DNA from: Isurus oxyrinchus
Lineage: Eukaryota
Assembly: GCA_026770705.1 (NCBI GenBank)
Contig: JANJGN010000034.1
Span: 11,532,001-11,596,000, forward strand
Reading direction: 5' to 3'
Length of the DNA: 64,000 nucleotides
The position numbers were made by a program, and so were the translations under genes. Position 1 is the first letter of the stretch. Every line of letters begins with the position of its first letter. The notes under the pieces were generated by a model. It searched no databases. It was not told where the DNA came from and saw only the letters and a list, made by a program, of their open reading frames with translations. This document shows, piece after piece, positions 13,061 to 27,045 of this stretch.

Positions 13061-14639
13061 AACCCCCATCAGTGAATTGTCAGCAGGCCACCCTGAGCCT
13101 GGACACTCTATGCAGATAACATATCCTTGTCATAATGGCAACAGTTTAAGCATTGTACTTTGTAATCCAAGACCATTTAACTGGGGTTAGTGAGGCTTGG
13201 AGTGTGCACGTAAAATGTACAGAAAGCCGTGGTCCTTGAATGATTTAAACGTTATCCACTCCCATATGCCTTTGTGAGGAACAGAAGGCTAAACAAAACA
13301 ACTCAAATGGAGCTCCAAAACTCAATTGATTCTCGCATGAATGAGCACCAATTGGTCAAGGAGCAATAATCAATGGGCATTTAACCCTAAAAGCCAGGTC
13401 TCAGCTGGGTCTTGTTCTCCATGGCTTGAACAAACAATTGCCCAAAGGATTATCCCTGACCTACTCCCAGACACCTCTCATACCGAGATTTTCATGTTTG
13501 TTTTTCAACCGAGTCCTTACTGAGTAAAGATAAACATGGTTTTTCTAACGCTTGTGAATACAAACAACATCTTCCAACCTCCACCTGCCAACCACCAGGG
13601 CCCTCTGTCCTCCTGCATAGCCACTGCCTCCTAATTCCACACCGTCGTGTGACCAGCGTATCTTCCGTTATTACCCTTCACCCCATTATAGTTCATATGG
13701 ATATCCCTATTGTCCTTCATTCCACAGTTTCCTTCAAAGTTCATGTCCCGACGTTTGTTGTTAGTGTGACCCCTTCCCTTCTCGAGGCAACAGACAACGT
13801 TACTTTCCGAGAGGCCCACCATCCACCATGAGACCTTCCAAGTACCAGCTGGAAATGCCTTCCATGAATATGGCTGTGCCCTCTGTATCCCCTTCGAATG
13901 TCCCGAACCCCCAGGACCAAATATCTGAGATGAACAGCCACATCCTGCACACGATTCCCACAATGACAGATATTGCCCAACAAAGCCTTCCCTGATGCAA
14001 GACCAGGACCAATACATATGTCACACGTAGGGCCCTTTAGCATGACCTGGGCACAGTGGCCTCATTCCATGGAGGGTCTCTTCAACTTGTCCCCTGAACA
14101 ATGTTTCACCCTTCCCCAGGCAATCTCTTAACTTGCCCCCATGGACAATCATTCACCGTTTCCCTCTGATTCACCTGCAACCACTCTTCCCCAAGCCCTG
14201 CCACCATCACACACTTCACCCTTTGTCGTGCCCCCTATGCTCAGCCTTGGCACAGTTTGTGCGATAGGCACCTGAAATATATCAATAACAGAGTAAAAGG
14301 AAGATGAAAGCATCATCTACTAGCCTTTCAATTTTGAAAGAAGTGAGACATCACCAGTTGCACGCTACATATTTCCAGTTATAAAACAGAACGACCAATT
14401 AGCAGCTTTTAAGGAACTTAGTTTGGACGGGGAACATAATTCCAGCATGCCGACCTTTTAATAAACAGTCATGACATTCTAATGAATGCAAATGAGGATC
14501 CCAAACATTGCTAATCAGGACACCTGACAGCTTTTAACCTGCCTGCATTGTTGGGAAAAGAACATCCCAAATTTTCTGCCTGCTGTCGGGAAACTGTTTT
14601 TTGCCTGTGACTGAGAAGCTATGGGAACACTTAGGCAAG

Positions 14640-15626
14640 GAGACGACCACAGGATCTAGTGATGTTGCCCTGCATTCACAATGCCGAGAGGTTGAAGCTG
14701 GCCAGGAGGCCATGTTTGGACAATGTGTAAGAAGTCTCCAAAAAGTGACCCTGAGGAGGCAGTGACAGCATGTGGCAAGGATTGTGAATGCCCAAAGCTT
14801 CTCAGCACAGACCTGGCAGCAGTGCCGATAAGGATTTAATGACCTCATTCGGGCAAGTTGGGCAAATGGATTAGCACGCCCTGTCGTGCAGCCACGACAA
14901 CTGACACCACTCATTGACAGCACGTCCTGATATTCAGGGGTCATTTCTAACATCCTTACATCGACATCTCAACCAAACACACCTCCCAGCCATACTAGCT
15001 ACCCACATGGTAGACACGGCCACCATTTAATTCCAGCGATTCAGTTACTGCACACATCGCACAAACACATACATAATGATGTCCTGCCCTCTCTCCTGCA
15101 GGAGAATACACCCACAACAGGTGGGAAAGCCAGTGAACTAGAAGAAGACCATTCCAAATGCAGTCCCTCAGTGCTAAGGGGGAGACTTACATTCGGAATG
15201 TGGGAAGCATTGCTACTGAATCAGTGACATTTGGCGCAGTGTATGCCATCCGAGATGATGGTAAGCTGTAGCCTTGTGCGCTTTGCCCACTAACTTCCTA
15301 CTCCTACCCTGAAAGGTGACATGAAATGAAAACTTGCAAATTTTGTTACCATGGACAACACAGCCTCTTTTCCCTTATCCCTACTAACCGGCCCCAATAC
15401 TTTTGGTTATCCAAAAATGGTCAGCTGCTCAGCCTCTTCACAGAGAATAAGCAGGCAAGAGGAGGAAGCTCGCTTTGTAGAAGAAGCACAGTCACTGAAC
15501 CTAACGGTCGCAGCCACCAGCCCGGATATTTGCACAATTGCATAACTTAAAGGCTAGTTTCAGAATCAGAATCTGCATGTGCTAAATCACTAGGCACGAG
15601 TGGGCTGCAGCCAGGACAAGGAATAG
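14640..15626 (+). mobile_element. Harbinger Myb/SANT-like (NAIF1/MSANTD-type) second gene remnant, intron-containing
   Basis: RRQ*QHVARIVNAQSFSAQTWQQCR*GFNDLIR resembles trihelix W..VA..VNA....RTW.QCRKKFNDL; residual exon 15102-15260 with cag/gtaag sites. Confidence 0.7.
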
Positions 15627-17820
15627 GTGAGATCCTGTGCCCTGTCATGACGCCCATGACACCTCCAGTGCCCATTCGTAACCCCATGACCCCTCATATC
15701 CACCAGGCTCCACATGCACTGTGCATAACCATTCATCCAGTATCCACTATGTGCAGAGCTCATGAGACACATGATGCCAAACGAAAGACTTTCAAATGCA
15801 CTCCAAAACATTGCATCTCTTACAAGAACAGAAAATATCAACCAAACGCGCATCCATTCATAATCCAGTGTTAAAACTCCAGTGTTAATGACGAAAAGAA
15901 ATCTCTTAAGTGGTCATTAAGTTGTGAAATTAAACAAACACCCATTAAAAAAAAACGCATTAAAGAAACTGAAACCAATGGCATGCACATAAAACCGTCA
16001 GTCCCCTTCACAGCTATGTCAACAGGTCCCTTGATGAGCTCAGTGGTTTCTGAAACTCAGCCAAGTATTCATAATGCAGTCAGCTGCAAAAACAGACTAT
16101 TACATCTGAAAACAATTTTCACTTTTGTTGTAAAAGGAACAGATGGAAAGGTTTTGTTTTCTCAAAATTTCAGTTTCGACCTGGAACAAATGGTCAGTTT
16201 TTTCCAATCTTCAGATCACTAACACCGGCTCCCTACTCACATTTTTACATGTTTTTGAACATATTCCGCCATGAAAATATACTCTAATGCATCTCAATAC
16301 GTAACTAGTTCTGGTCAATGTAATTGTCAAATTATCTTTTAACGTCAGATATTTCTGATCAATTCTTGTATTAAAATCATAATTAAAGCTATACAAAAGC
16401 CATGAACACACACCTACACGGGTACACTGTCTTTGAAAGCATATATTATCTTACACCATCTAAACATGGTTAAACCTATATGTCAAAACGCTCAGGGTTC
16501 CAGAGTAGTATTTACCCCATGATTGCCAAACGCTCTGCGGAGCCATGAATGGCATCTCATTGGAAAGGTTGGCCCAAATGCATCAACATTGTACCGGGCT
16601 TTCAAAAGTCCACCCCCCACAATGGAACTAGCATGGTTGCGAGTACAAGGTGCAGGGTCGCTATCCCACGACAAAGCTGCTGACAAAGGGAATGGGGGGG
16701 TATCTTAGAATCTGGCCCCACCCGCCATTTTTATAGACCTTCTGGCTCGGTACCACGGCACAAAAATCCAGCTCCATGAGTGTGAATCTGCGTTTAAAAC
16801 CTTGCGATAAGCCCTACTGGACAAAATAATCCGCGTTGTGAAATGTTGTTCAGGGAAGCCTCAAGTTACAAGATAAATTCAATAAACTGTACAAAAGGTT
16901 TGACAATTAATCATGGGGCCTGGTACACTATGTAACACCAGAATTGGTTGATGCTGTGTATGGATTTGGGTAATGTTGTTTGCAGCATTGAACCCAGCCT
17001 ATGTGAAACTACCACCCTACTGCGGTCTGACACTATTCTCCTGATTTACACAGTACTTTCCAAATATGGACCCACAACAAATTTGAGGTCTGTCACTCCA
17101 CTTCTACTGCAATTATAGTATTAGTCGTCCATTCAAATAAAAAACGTGCCTCCACTATTTACAGGAGACCACACTGTGAGCAACAAATGCAGTAGACTAA
17201 ATTTAAAGATGTGTAAGTGAATCGCTGTCTCCCCTGGAATTCATAATTGGGTCCTTGGAAGGTGAAGAGGGGGAGATAAAGAGGCAGGCGTTAGCCCTTC
17301 TCTAATTCCATGCAAAGGGGATGAGATGTTGGGCGCGTTGGAAGACTGGACCAGGACGTAAAGGAGGGAAATGTTCCTATGGAATGCTGACAGGGGAGGT
17401 GATGGATTATTAAAAAGAAGCTTGGGATTTGGGAATATAATTAGGATGAACGTTTTCTGCTAGTATGAAATGTTTTAAAATGCAACATGAAATAAAATGA
17501 CAAATAGATTTCACCATTAATGTGTCTCCCATTCACAGATATCAAAGTGGAAGTCTTCATTTGGAAATATACATGGAAGAAGGCCATGGAAAACAGTTCA
17601 AGGGTTAAAACAATTTAATAGTTTGATACTTCATAGCATAAAATTAAAGGTTATTTGTGAGCGCCACAAGTGCAATGTTACCCCCAATTATTTCAGCAAA
17701 ACTAACAGGACCAAAGAGCTGCACGTTCTTTCTATTCATACAATTAACTACTAAATAACTTGACCTTTGCATGGGTGGAATATAAGTTAAATAAATAAGA
17801 TTCAGAAATGTGTTACTTAC

Positions 17821-18083
17821 CTATTAGAACTTTATGTTTAGTGAGGTGCTGTAACTTTTTCTTAAACTGTTAAAGACCTGACAGGTATATGTTCCAGCAC
17901 CATTCAAAGTAATGCTAGAAATGATAAGTTTTTGCCCTTTTTGCTGCAGAGGGACATTGCTGATAAACTATTCCAATTCTGCAGGTGGGTTTGAGTCCAT
18001 AGAACATGAGAAATTAATGCTTTTTCCAACAAGGTAAGCAGACAAATCAAGGTCTATGGTTATGTTAGGAAGATCCGGTCCAT
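17821..18083 (-). pseudogene. Second IgC2 exon, disabled, copy A (YGPDLPNI...INFSCSMDSNPPAELE*F...GQKLIISSITLNGAGTYTCQVFN)
   Basis: Acceptor tttag, donor gtaagt; conserved Trp codon is TAG (17968-17970); 263 nt because of a 1-nt deletion near the 3' end relative to copy B. Confidence 0.9.
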
Positions 18084-18264
18084 CTAAACTAAGTCCACAA
18101 ATATATTGTAATAAATATCTGCTAAAATGAAAAGCAGCAGTGGACTATACGTTCATAGCAATCACCAACATCACAGAAACTATACACCCCTGTGTTTTAC
18201 GCGAACTTAAGTCAATAAGTTGTGCCATTTTCCCCAGTGCTCAATGGCGGGATCCCAATATCAG

Positions 18265-20215
18265 TTTTTTTATTAATTCGTTCATGGGACGTTTCTGTCA
18301 CTGCTAGGCCAGCATTTATTGCCCATCCCTAATTGCTCTTGATAAGGTGTTAGTGAGCTGCCTTCTTCAGCTGCTGCAATCCACGTGGAGGAGGTGCACC
18401 CACACTGTAATTGAGAGGGTTGGGGAGGGGGTCGGAGGTTGGTGGGTTGAGGTTTTCAAGATTTTTTTCCCAGCAACAGTCGAATTTCCAAGTCAAGGTG
18501 GTGTGTGGCTTTAGGTTGGGGGATGGATGGGTGGTGGCGATGGAGGACGTCCTGGTGATTGTCTTTCTACTTGTCTGCTGCACTTCTACTCCAAGATAGT
18601 AGGGGTCCTGGGTTTGGGATGTGCTGTCTAAGAAGAATTGGTCAGCTCCTGCAGTGCATCTTGCAGATGGTACACACTGCTGCTACTGTGCGTCGGTGGT
18701 GGAGGGAGTAAATGTCTATGGATGGGGTGCCAATCAAGCTCGCTGCTTTTTCCTGGATGGTCTCACACTTCTTGAGTGTTGTGGCAGCTGCGCTCATCCA
18801 GGCAAGAGGGGAGTATTCCATTACACTCCTGACTTGTGCCTTGTAGATGGTGGACAGCCTTTGGGGAGTCAGCAGTTGAGTTACTTGTAACAGAATTCCC
18901 AGCCTCTGACCTGCTCTTGTCACCATAGTATTTATATGGCTAATCCAGTTCAGTTTATGGTCAATGCTAATCCCGAGGTTGTTGGCAGTGTGGCATTCAG
19001 CGATGGTAATGACATTCAATGTCATGAGGCAGTGACTAGATTTTCCCTTTTCGGAGAGGTTCCTGGCAATTCTGTGGCATGGATGATACTTACTACTTGC
19101 CAGCCCAAACCTGGATATTGTCATGGTCTTGCTGCTTTTAGACATGGACTGCTTCAGCGTTCGAGGGGTCATGAATGGTGCTGAATTTTGACAATCATCA
19201 GCGAACATCCTCCTTCTGACCTTATGATGGGACGATAGTCATTTATGAAGAAACTGATAATGGATTGGGGGAGGGCATTATCCCGAATAACCCATGCAGC
19301 GATGTACTGGAACTGATATGATTGACATCCAACAACCAGCGGCAACTTCCTTTGTGCTAGGTATGACCCCCACCAACCGAGAGCTATCCTCCTCTTTCCC
19401 ATTGATTTTAGTTTTGCAAAGGCTCCTTGAAGCCACATTCGGTCGAATACAGCCTTGATGGCAAGGGCAGTCACTCACACCTCCCCTCTGGAGTTCAGAT
19501 CTTCTGTTAATGTTTGAACCAAGGCTGTACTGGTTCAAACCATTACAGGAGCTGAGCGATTTTCGTGGAACCCAAACTTGGCATTAGTGAGCTGGTTATT
19601 TCGAAGCCAGTGTTGCTTAAGTGTTGCTTGATGGCACTGCTGGTGATCCCCTACATCACTTTTCTGATTATAGAGAGAAGACTGTTGGGGCAGTAATTGG
19701 CCGCATTGGATTTCTCCTGCTTTTTGTGCAGCAAACGTACCTGCGCAATTTTCCACAATGGTTTGTAATGCCAGTGCTGTAGATGCCAATGCTGCAGCTG
19801 TACTGAAACAGCATGGCTAAGGTCGCAGCAATTTGAGAAGCATAAGTCGTCAGTACTATTGCCGGAATATTGTCAGGGCCCAAAGCCTTTGCAGTAGCCA
19901 GTGCCTTGATCTGTTCGTTGATATCTCATGTAGTGAACCGAATTGTCTGAAGACTGGCATCTATAATGCTTTGGAACTCCAGGGGAGGCCGAGATAGATC
20001 ATCTTGTCCCTTCTGGCTGGAGATTGTTCCAAATGCTTCAGCTTTATATTTTGCACTCACGTGTTGGTCTTCCCCATCATTGCAGATGCGGAGTTTTGTG
20101 GAGCCTCCTCCTTCAATGAATAGTTTAGTTGTCCATCACCATTTAGAATTCGATGTGGCAGCACTGCAGAGCTTTGATCTGATCAGTTGGTTATAGAATT
20201 CTTTAGCTCTGCCAG
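18265..20215 (-). mobile_element. CR1/L2-group LINE, 5'-truncated, decayed RT
   Basis: ORF fragments GPDNIPAIVL.., ALAIKAVFDRMW.., MFADD.., IYKAQVRSVMEYSPLAWM; 3' UTR with A-rich tail. Confidence 0.92.
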
Positions 20216-20247
20216 GTCAGCAATGGTGGCACTAAAGTTGAACCTGG

Positions 20248-20640
20248 GGAGATTGTGGTGCAGTAGCATTAACACTGTATTCGTAATTCAAAGGCCCAGC
20301 ATAAGGCCCTGGGGACATGGGTTCAAATGCTACCACAACATCTAATGGACTTTAAATTAAATTAATAAATCTGGAAAATAATTCTAGTCTCAGTAATGGT
20401 GACTAACAATGGCAACTATCATTCATAGCCAGATAATCCATCTGATTCACTAATGCCCTTTGGGGTAGGAAATCTGTGGTCCTTAACTGTTCTGGCTTCC
20501 AAACCCACAGAAATGTGGTTGACTCTCAACTGCCTTCTGAAGTGGCCTAGTAAGCCATTCAGTTCTAGGGCAATTAGGAATGGGTGGCAAATGCTGGCCT
20601 TGCCAGTGACACCCACATTCGATGATTTTTAAAAAAAATA
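20248..20640 (+). mobile_element. tRNA-derived SINE sharing its 3' tail with the adjacent LINE family
   Basis: A-box-like tggtgcagtag; B-box ggttcaaatgc; tail agggcaattaggaatggg..aatgctggccttgccagtgac + A run. Confidence 0.8.
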
Positions 20641-21406
20641 AATGCCAAAGTCTCCTGCTTCTGATGATTTCTAATCACCTTTGTTGAGTACATATGTACA
20701 TTTCGAGTTCAGGAATGGTGAGGATATGATTCCTGCCATGAGCTGCAATTTTAAAATGTGAGATCTGTACAAACCTGCTGGGCACATACAGCAGTATGGT
20801 TGCATCAAAATGTATTGTTCTGAGAAAAAAATCTATTAAATTTTGATTTTGACAATTATTATTCTTTCCCTCAAACCAGTCTGAATTTCATCTTTTATCG
20901 GATTTAAAAATAAACTAATTAACTTCATTGAAAATATCCATAATGAAACCCGAATGTCCACTGAAGCAACACACAACTGTTCAAATACTTCGTCCATGAA
21001 ACTCGTATGTTTTATATCATCTGGTATTCCTGCTGTAGAATTAAGATTGAGCCGTTATGTCTAATGGCTTCTGGGATCATACCACAAAAGCTTCCTCACA
21101 TCCAAAAGTTAATTCGTTTAAGATTAGTCTGTAAACAAAGAAGTTCAATACTATCAATTATCAATGAACATATATTTTATTACGAGTTCTGTCTCAAAAA
21201 GCATCTAAGTATTCCGAGTATACTTACTTAAATAAATAATCTCTGAGGCAATTTTCCTTGGCAATGTAAAAGTGATGAGCTATTTGTTTACATGTTTCAA
21301 TAAATAATCATTATATGCAAACAATCATTTATTTCCCTTTTCCAAATCTGAAATGTAGCAGGTATGGTGATAAGTTACAAAACTAATGATCTGTTGGAGC
21401 ACCTGC

Positions 21407-21682
21407 AGCTAAAATTTGGGTTCTATAGGTCACTTGTCATTCTGCTAAAGGAGTTGAATGCGTAGCACTTGAATCGTCCATCAGAACTAAACACTGCAGA
21501 TATAGTGAGAGTTCCATTATCACCGCTTAGATCAAAGCTGCTGTCGGTAATAATATCAGGATTATCCTCAAGCCACTGATATGAAACTGCAGTGCCTGAT
21601 GCGATGCATGTCAGAGTCACGATCTCATTGTATTCAACTGAGTTGGTGACATTGTTGATTATATTAGGCTTTTAAATAGGTT
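21407..21682 (-). pseudogene. First IgC2 exon, disabled (EPI*KPNIINNVTNSVEYNEIVTLTC...YQW...NGTLTIS...FKCYAFN...SDL*NPNFS)
   Basis: Acceptor tttgacag; 276 nt, phase 1-1; C-W-C Ig pattern; in-frame TAA at 21672-21674 and TAG at 21423-21425; donor is gcaggt rather than gt. Confidence 0.88.
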
Positions 21683-22929
21683 CTGTCAAAGCACAGGAAA
21701 GTAGGTATCAGACCTGAAAAGTAAGTTTGGAGGATGGTGGATTTAGCTCCAAGTTCTACAGGCAGCATTTCATTTTGAATTTTCATCTGTTGTTTCCTTT
21801 CGGTAATAATTCCTGTGATGCTGGTGTTAATAATTCTACGATCTTTATCCCCACCCCACTACCCACACGCAACCCCCACCTCCCCCTCACCGCATGTGCC
21901 ACGCACCCCCACAGCCCCCGCCCCCAACAAGGTAAACCTGTCCCCTTGAATTTATTGCTCACTTAGAATATCAACTTAAATAAATTTCCAATCATGAAAG
22001 GAACATAGCCTACTAAACCAATTACAGACTCGGTCCTAAAATAAAATGTCCTCTCCTCAAGGAGCCTCCAACCTAATGTATTTATTTGAGGATAGAACAT
22101 GCGTAGAGGTATATTATAGCAGACTGAACTATTGTGGAGGTTCCCAAGATCAGGTCTTCGGATTCGAACTTCGACTCCTAGGATATTTTTATCATGTACG
22201 TGGGCTCGCGGAAAAATAGAGATTGGAGACTGCAACTCTTGTACACTTACATAATACATTTTTTAAATCAAATCCAGTTATATATTACAGCTAATACATG
22301 AGACTAAATCTAATCATATGATATCAATAATATTTAAGGGAAATACATTTTAACCCACCATAGTCAGCAGTTTTTTGCATAAAAAACAAATATCAATTAC
22401 GCACAAACGATTGTCATTACTCAAGATTCTGGAGTGTCTTTGTCTCAAATATAGGGAATCCAAGCTTAGACTGATACTCATTCTATGGCTGCAAAGATGG
22501 CCGAAAGATTGTTGGCCTATGGATCCCATTACCATCTGTCTGTTTAAAATCATCGCAGCTGAACTCAAAAAGGCTTTCATTACGCATTGGTGTTTGTGAT
22601 TCCAAAATAAAAAGCACTGAGTAAAAATAATGATCAATGTCATTGGTGAGTGTAGATAAGAGATATTTACCGACTAAAAGGAAACATTTTGGTTGGCAGC
22701 CTTCCAAAAGTAGAGAGACAATCCAAAGGTTTTTTTGGTTATCTTTGGACTTGACATCCTGGCAACGATTCAAGTACTGTAACCATGCTATAATATCAAG
22801 CTCTATGCCTAATTGCTTTCTTCTATTAATGTTAATTAGTACATCTTAAATTTGCAATAATTGTGTTAGTCTTGTCACACTGTCAACTTAAACCGTGCAA
22901 GTTCTATCTGTTGATCCCTGAGATTCAGA

Positions 22930-23400
22930 CTGTGCAGCAGAGACTTGCACTCCAGTAGTATCACATTCTGCCCTTCTCATCATTCTCAAAATAAGAGCCA
23001 AACTACTCACTGCAATAAAAAAAGTTTCTCTTCATATTACTTCTGCTTATTTTATTAATTACTTTAAATTGTTGTCCTCTCGTTCTCGATCCATTTCGAC
23101 TGGGAATAGGTTCTCCCTAACTAGTCTATCCAAACCCCTCACTATTCTGATACCTCCATGGAATCTGCTCTACACCAACATTTCCAGAAGGAAAACAATC
23201 CTAACTTCTTCAATCTATCTTCATAACTGAAGCTTCCCATTCCTGGAACCATACTCATGAATCGTTTCTGCACTTTCTCCAAAGCCTTCACGTCCTTCCT
23301 AGCTTGCAGCGCTCAGAACTGCATGCAATACATCAGCTGAGGTTGACATAGTAACTTACAAATTCAACCTAACCTCCTTCACCTTGTACGCTATCCCCTG
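22930..23400 (-). mobile_element. CR1 LINE 3' fragment
   Basis: Reverse strand gives RLNL.VTMSTSADVLHAVLSAAS*EGREGFGESAE-type decayed CR1 C-terminus (RKDV.ALEKVQKRF). Confidence 0.65.
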
Positions 23401-23414
23401 GGAGCCTGTGATCC

Positions 23415-23835
23415 AGAGCTGCTGCTTATGTTAGTTGCTAATGCTTTCACTGTCAGCTGGAAGGTGCTTGTTCAAATTCCAGTCCAGTGATTTGCACACC
23501 AAATCTGAGCTGACAGTTTAGTGTGGTATTCATGGAGCGCTGAATTGGTACAGGTTCTACTCTTCGGATCAGACATGAAACTGAAGCCCATTCGCACTCT
23601 CAGGTGGTCGTAAAGCATCCTATTGCTTTATACAAATGAAGTTTAGAAGTGTTATTCCCGGTGTGCGGGGCGAATGTTCATCTCTTAGCTAATATTACCA
23701 ATGCAGAATGTCTGAATATTATCATATGGCTGTTTATGGGAGTTGGATACGTGTAAGTTGACGACTGACTTTCAAAAACACTCTTTATTCTTACGCAAGA
23801 GTGATTTTGGAGGTTCCGAGATTCTGAAGGTCAGA
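23415..23835 (+). mobile_element. Deu-domain SINE (SacSINE1-like)
   Basis: B-box gttcaaattcc, then tcttcggatcagacatgaaactgaagccc..ctctcaggtggtcgtaaagcatcc, matching the DeuSINE core as recalled. Confidence 0.75.
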
Positions 23836-23989
23836 ATATGTTATTCGCCAGTCAAAAGACCATAGCCTCAGAAGAGGAATTTGCACATGTAGGGTTATTG
23901 AATTGTTACAGCATAGATTGAGGCAGTTTGAACCATCGTGTTCATGCTGGCCCTCTGCAGGAGCAATTCTACCGGTGTCACTGATATAC

Positions 23990-24300
23990 TGCTAAGAAGA
24001 GCCATGTTGCTGAAGTTTTACACCTTGCACTGATCAGGACAATTACAAGAGTGCCAGATGTCAGGTGATCACAACATTTCTAGTTTATGAGAAAGGGCTA
24101 CTGATTAATTGGCAAGTTGCACCTCATTGGCCGAGGCGTTGCCATGGAAAAAACAATGTGGAGCTATGAGCTGCTAAATATCCTGGGTAATTAAAAAAAA
24201 GGTGCAAGACTTGGGCATGTTCCTTTTGTTTGCAGAGAATTGGCCCCTGTGTGAGAATATATCTCACTCCCACCAAGCGTAAATGAGCCTGATCAGAAAA
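23990..24300. mobile_element. Penelope pseudo-LTR fragment
   Basis: Similar to 30730-31060 (gttgccatggaaaa..ttgtttgcagagaa). Confidence 0.55.
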
Positions 24301-24974
24301 TAATTCCACAGATTATGAAGAAAAAGATCACAAAACTAAGATTACAAGATGTTGGAAACCAAATAGAAATCGATTCTTATCAAATCAATTTCACGAAATT
24401 TGGTCAATTGGGTGGAATGGGTTTCTTTCCGGGAAAAAAAAACATCATGCCTATGTAAGGAAGCATCTTCTTTCTTGGCTTTTCCCTCCTGCTTCGCCTA
24501 TTCCCGTTCATTAATCACTCCAAGTCCACAAAGAACCCGCACCCTTATGACAATGTAGATCACAGTCTCTGTTTCATATTTCGGTGGCCTCAACTATCTT
24601 ACCTAGTTGCAGGATGTTAACTCAGTGACAGTTAAGGAATGGTGATATATTTCAAAGTCAGGTTGGTGCAATGTCTTGGAGGAGGACGTGCAACATGGAG
24701 GAGTACTGATTCATCTGCTGAGGTAGGGCAGTACGTGGTAATCAGGAGATTCCCTTGCCCATGTTTGATCTGATGCCATGAGACTTCATGGGTTCCAGAG
24801 TCAATGTTGAGAACACACAGGGCAAGTCCCTCCCAACTATATAACAATGGGAAGCATTGAATTTTACTTTAAATTATTTACATTACATTGGCTCTGTCAC
24901 TGCATCCCACCTACAACGCTCCCCGCCGCGCCGCCGCCCCCACCCGCACCCCCGCACTAACCCTCACCAAGTTC

Positions 24975-26500
24975 CACTAGTCACAGGTTAGGTTGTGTGG
25001 TGCCATCACTACTCTCCCTGAGTGCAGTATTGTGTCTGCTAAGAGGGGCAGGTGGTTTTGAATTGGGTCCTGGGGTGGGTCAGCATTTCGCAACCCCCTC
25101 AAAGTGTCTTTCGTCTCTCTATCATACAACGTGCGGTAAGGGAAGACCTGTGTTCTCACGGGCACCAGTGAAATCAGGGCCCTTTTGTTGAAACCGAAAG
25201 TGCCAGACAGTGCATGGCCCAAGTATGACTGTGAATTCGCTGTTGTTTGAAAGGTTACTCTTCCTCATTTACAGTCTCGATTCCAAAACCTCAGGCCCCA
25301 TGTCCGGAGTTCACCGATGTTGCTGCTTCTCACGGAGGGGCCTTTTGTAATCAGGTTCTGTGGCCGTAGAGGAATTTTCTTCAGACATCAGATTGGGAGC
25401 AGTTCCGCTGGTGAGAAACCTTCAGCTAGAATTGTAGCTCGATGGCGCAGCTGGGCTGAATGCCAGTCAGGATTCGGGCTCCAGAGGCTCTTGATGTTTC
25501 TCACTGCTCACTCAGCCTCTCCGTAGCTTGGGAACAGAGAGGCAACTTTAAGTGCTCATGGAAGGATTGTGGTCTGCAGTGAGACAGTTTTATCTGGAAA
25601 CCCAGGTGTGTAAAGTATGGCCAGCAGCATCTTGAATGGTTTCGTCCATCACCATATAAACACAGGGCGGGACTGGTGGACTAATAGACTGCGGCAAGCC
25701 GGCAGCAGCCTGTCGTTTGCATGTAGGGTGTTAAAAGGACGGCGCAGAGGGCCGCCCCTATGTCGTCAGTGTCCAGGCTGCACCGATGCCACACCCCATG
25801 CCTTTCACTCCAGCGCGTTTATGGGCCGGCAGCTACTGCAACGCCAACTGGGGAATTTGCAAAATAACTTTTCCAACTCTTCTTTTGTGCGACCGCCGTG
25901 CACCAGGGTTGTGCTGGGGAGCGCTACCCCGAAACAGGAAGTGCTAAATGTTACCCGTGCTGCAGCAAGGCCATAGAGACCGAACATTTAACGTCTCAAA
26001 TGCACACTCCCTGCCCCTCCCCAGCCACCAGTGAACACACAGGAAGTCACTGTTGTCACAAGCATAGCAAGGTGATATTCCAGGTTCGGGGCCATCCCAC
26101 ACTCCGTCATATCACCTCTGATCCAGCATTTTGAAAATGCCACAGGAACTGCTCCAACATTTGCCACTGGACATATTCAGGTTTCTGCGCACTTCAACAT
26201 CCACAAAGTCACAGATTCTTGAAATTCTCCACCCTTGATGGTGTATGAATAAATCAACACCGAGACCGTGAGCACTGATCCACCCCATAATAGGAAGCCC
26301 ATGCCGTGTCCATTCTCCAGGTGTTCTTCAAAAGCAGGAAAGCAGAAAATTGTGACATTTGAACCATTTGTTTGGAAAAGGTCAGGACACCAGAACATTT
26401 CACACAAAAATGCTGGGAACATCCCAGCGAAACCGGGGTCTGGTCATCCGAGGGCAAAGGTCAGTGTGATGTTCTGTCTCGACCCCCAGCCACCCTGAGT
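24975..26500 (-). mobile_element. Decayed non-LTR element, possibly Tx1/L1 ORF1 region
   Basis: GC-richer block with fragmentary Cys/His-rich translations; no intact ORF. Confidence 0.35.
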
Positions 26501-26555
26501 GCGCGCAGAGCAAGCGATTCATGAACAATCCTCATCCCCAGGGCGGCCAAAAGCT

Positions 26556-26745
26556 TAAAAGCAAATTACTGCGGGCTCTGGAAACCTGAATCAAAAACAA
26601 AAAATGCTGGAAATGCTCACCAGGTCTAACAGCATCTGTGGAGAGAAAGACAGAGTTGACATTGCGAGTCCCTATGACACTTCTTCAAAGCTCTGGTTGG
26701 TGGAATACCTGCTGAATTTTTGCGGAATTTTCTGTTATTGTGGCT
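26556..26745 (-). mobile_element. Penelope-derived short repeat
   Basis: aaatgctggaaatgctcaccaggtctaacagcatctgtggagagaaa family; also at 39005 and 40630. Confidence 0.7.
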
Positions 26746-27026
26746 CTTAGTTTAACTGTTCCTTATTTTGACAGTTCGTCCTGTGCCTCTTTAGGAATGT
26801 TTCTCGAGCCTAATTTCTAGAACATCCTGTAAGACACTGACCGTCCGGCTCTAATCTTGTATCGCACCCAGTCCCCTTTGTTTCTTAAGTGCCCATACAA
26901 CCAGAGGTAGGTATCATCACCTGCGCAGCCATCTCTTTCCCTACCCCCGCAGCAACTCCCACTCCTGTGGCGACCAGCAACTCTCGCCCACCCCCACCCA
27001 CCCAAACCCACCACCGCCGCCCCACG

Positions 27027-27045
27027 CCCCCCCCCCCCCCCCCCC
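27027..27045. repeat. poly-C (19)
   Basis: Homopolymer. Confidence 0.95.

Larger units (their letters stand above)
1..18895 (+). repeat. Segmental duplication unit A (direct repeat of 45202-64000)
   Basis: tgtcttggtctcgaaactct at 1 and 45202; colinear to the end of the window; paired ORFs in the track (e.g. 975/46172, 13631/58887). Confidence 0.97.

Noticed and set aside
18642-19883. Active reverse transcriptase gene
   Set aside because: Multiple frameshifts and stops; 5'-truncated LINE.
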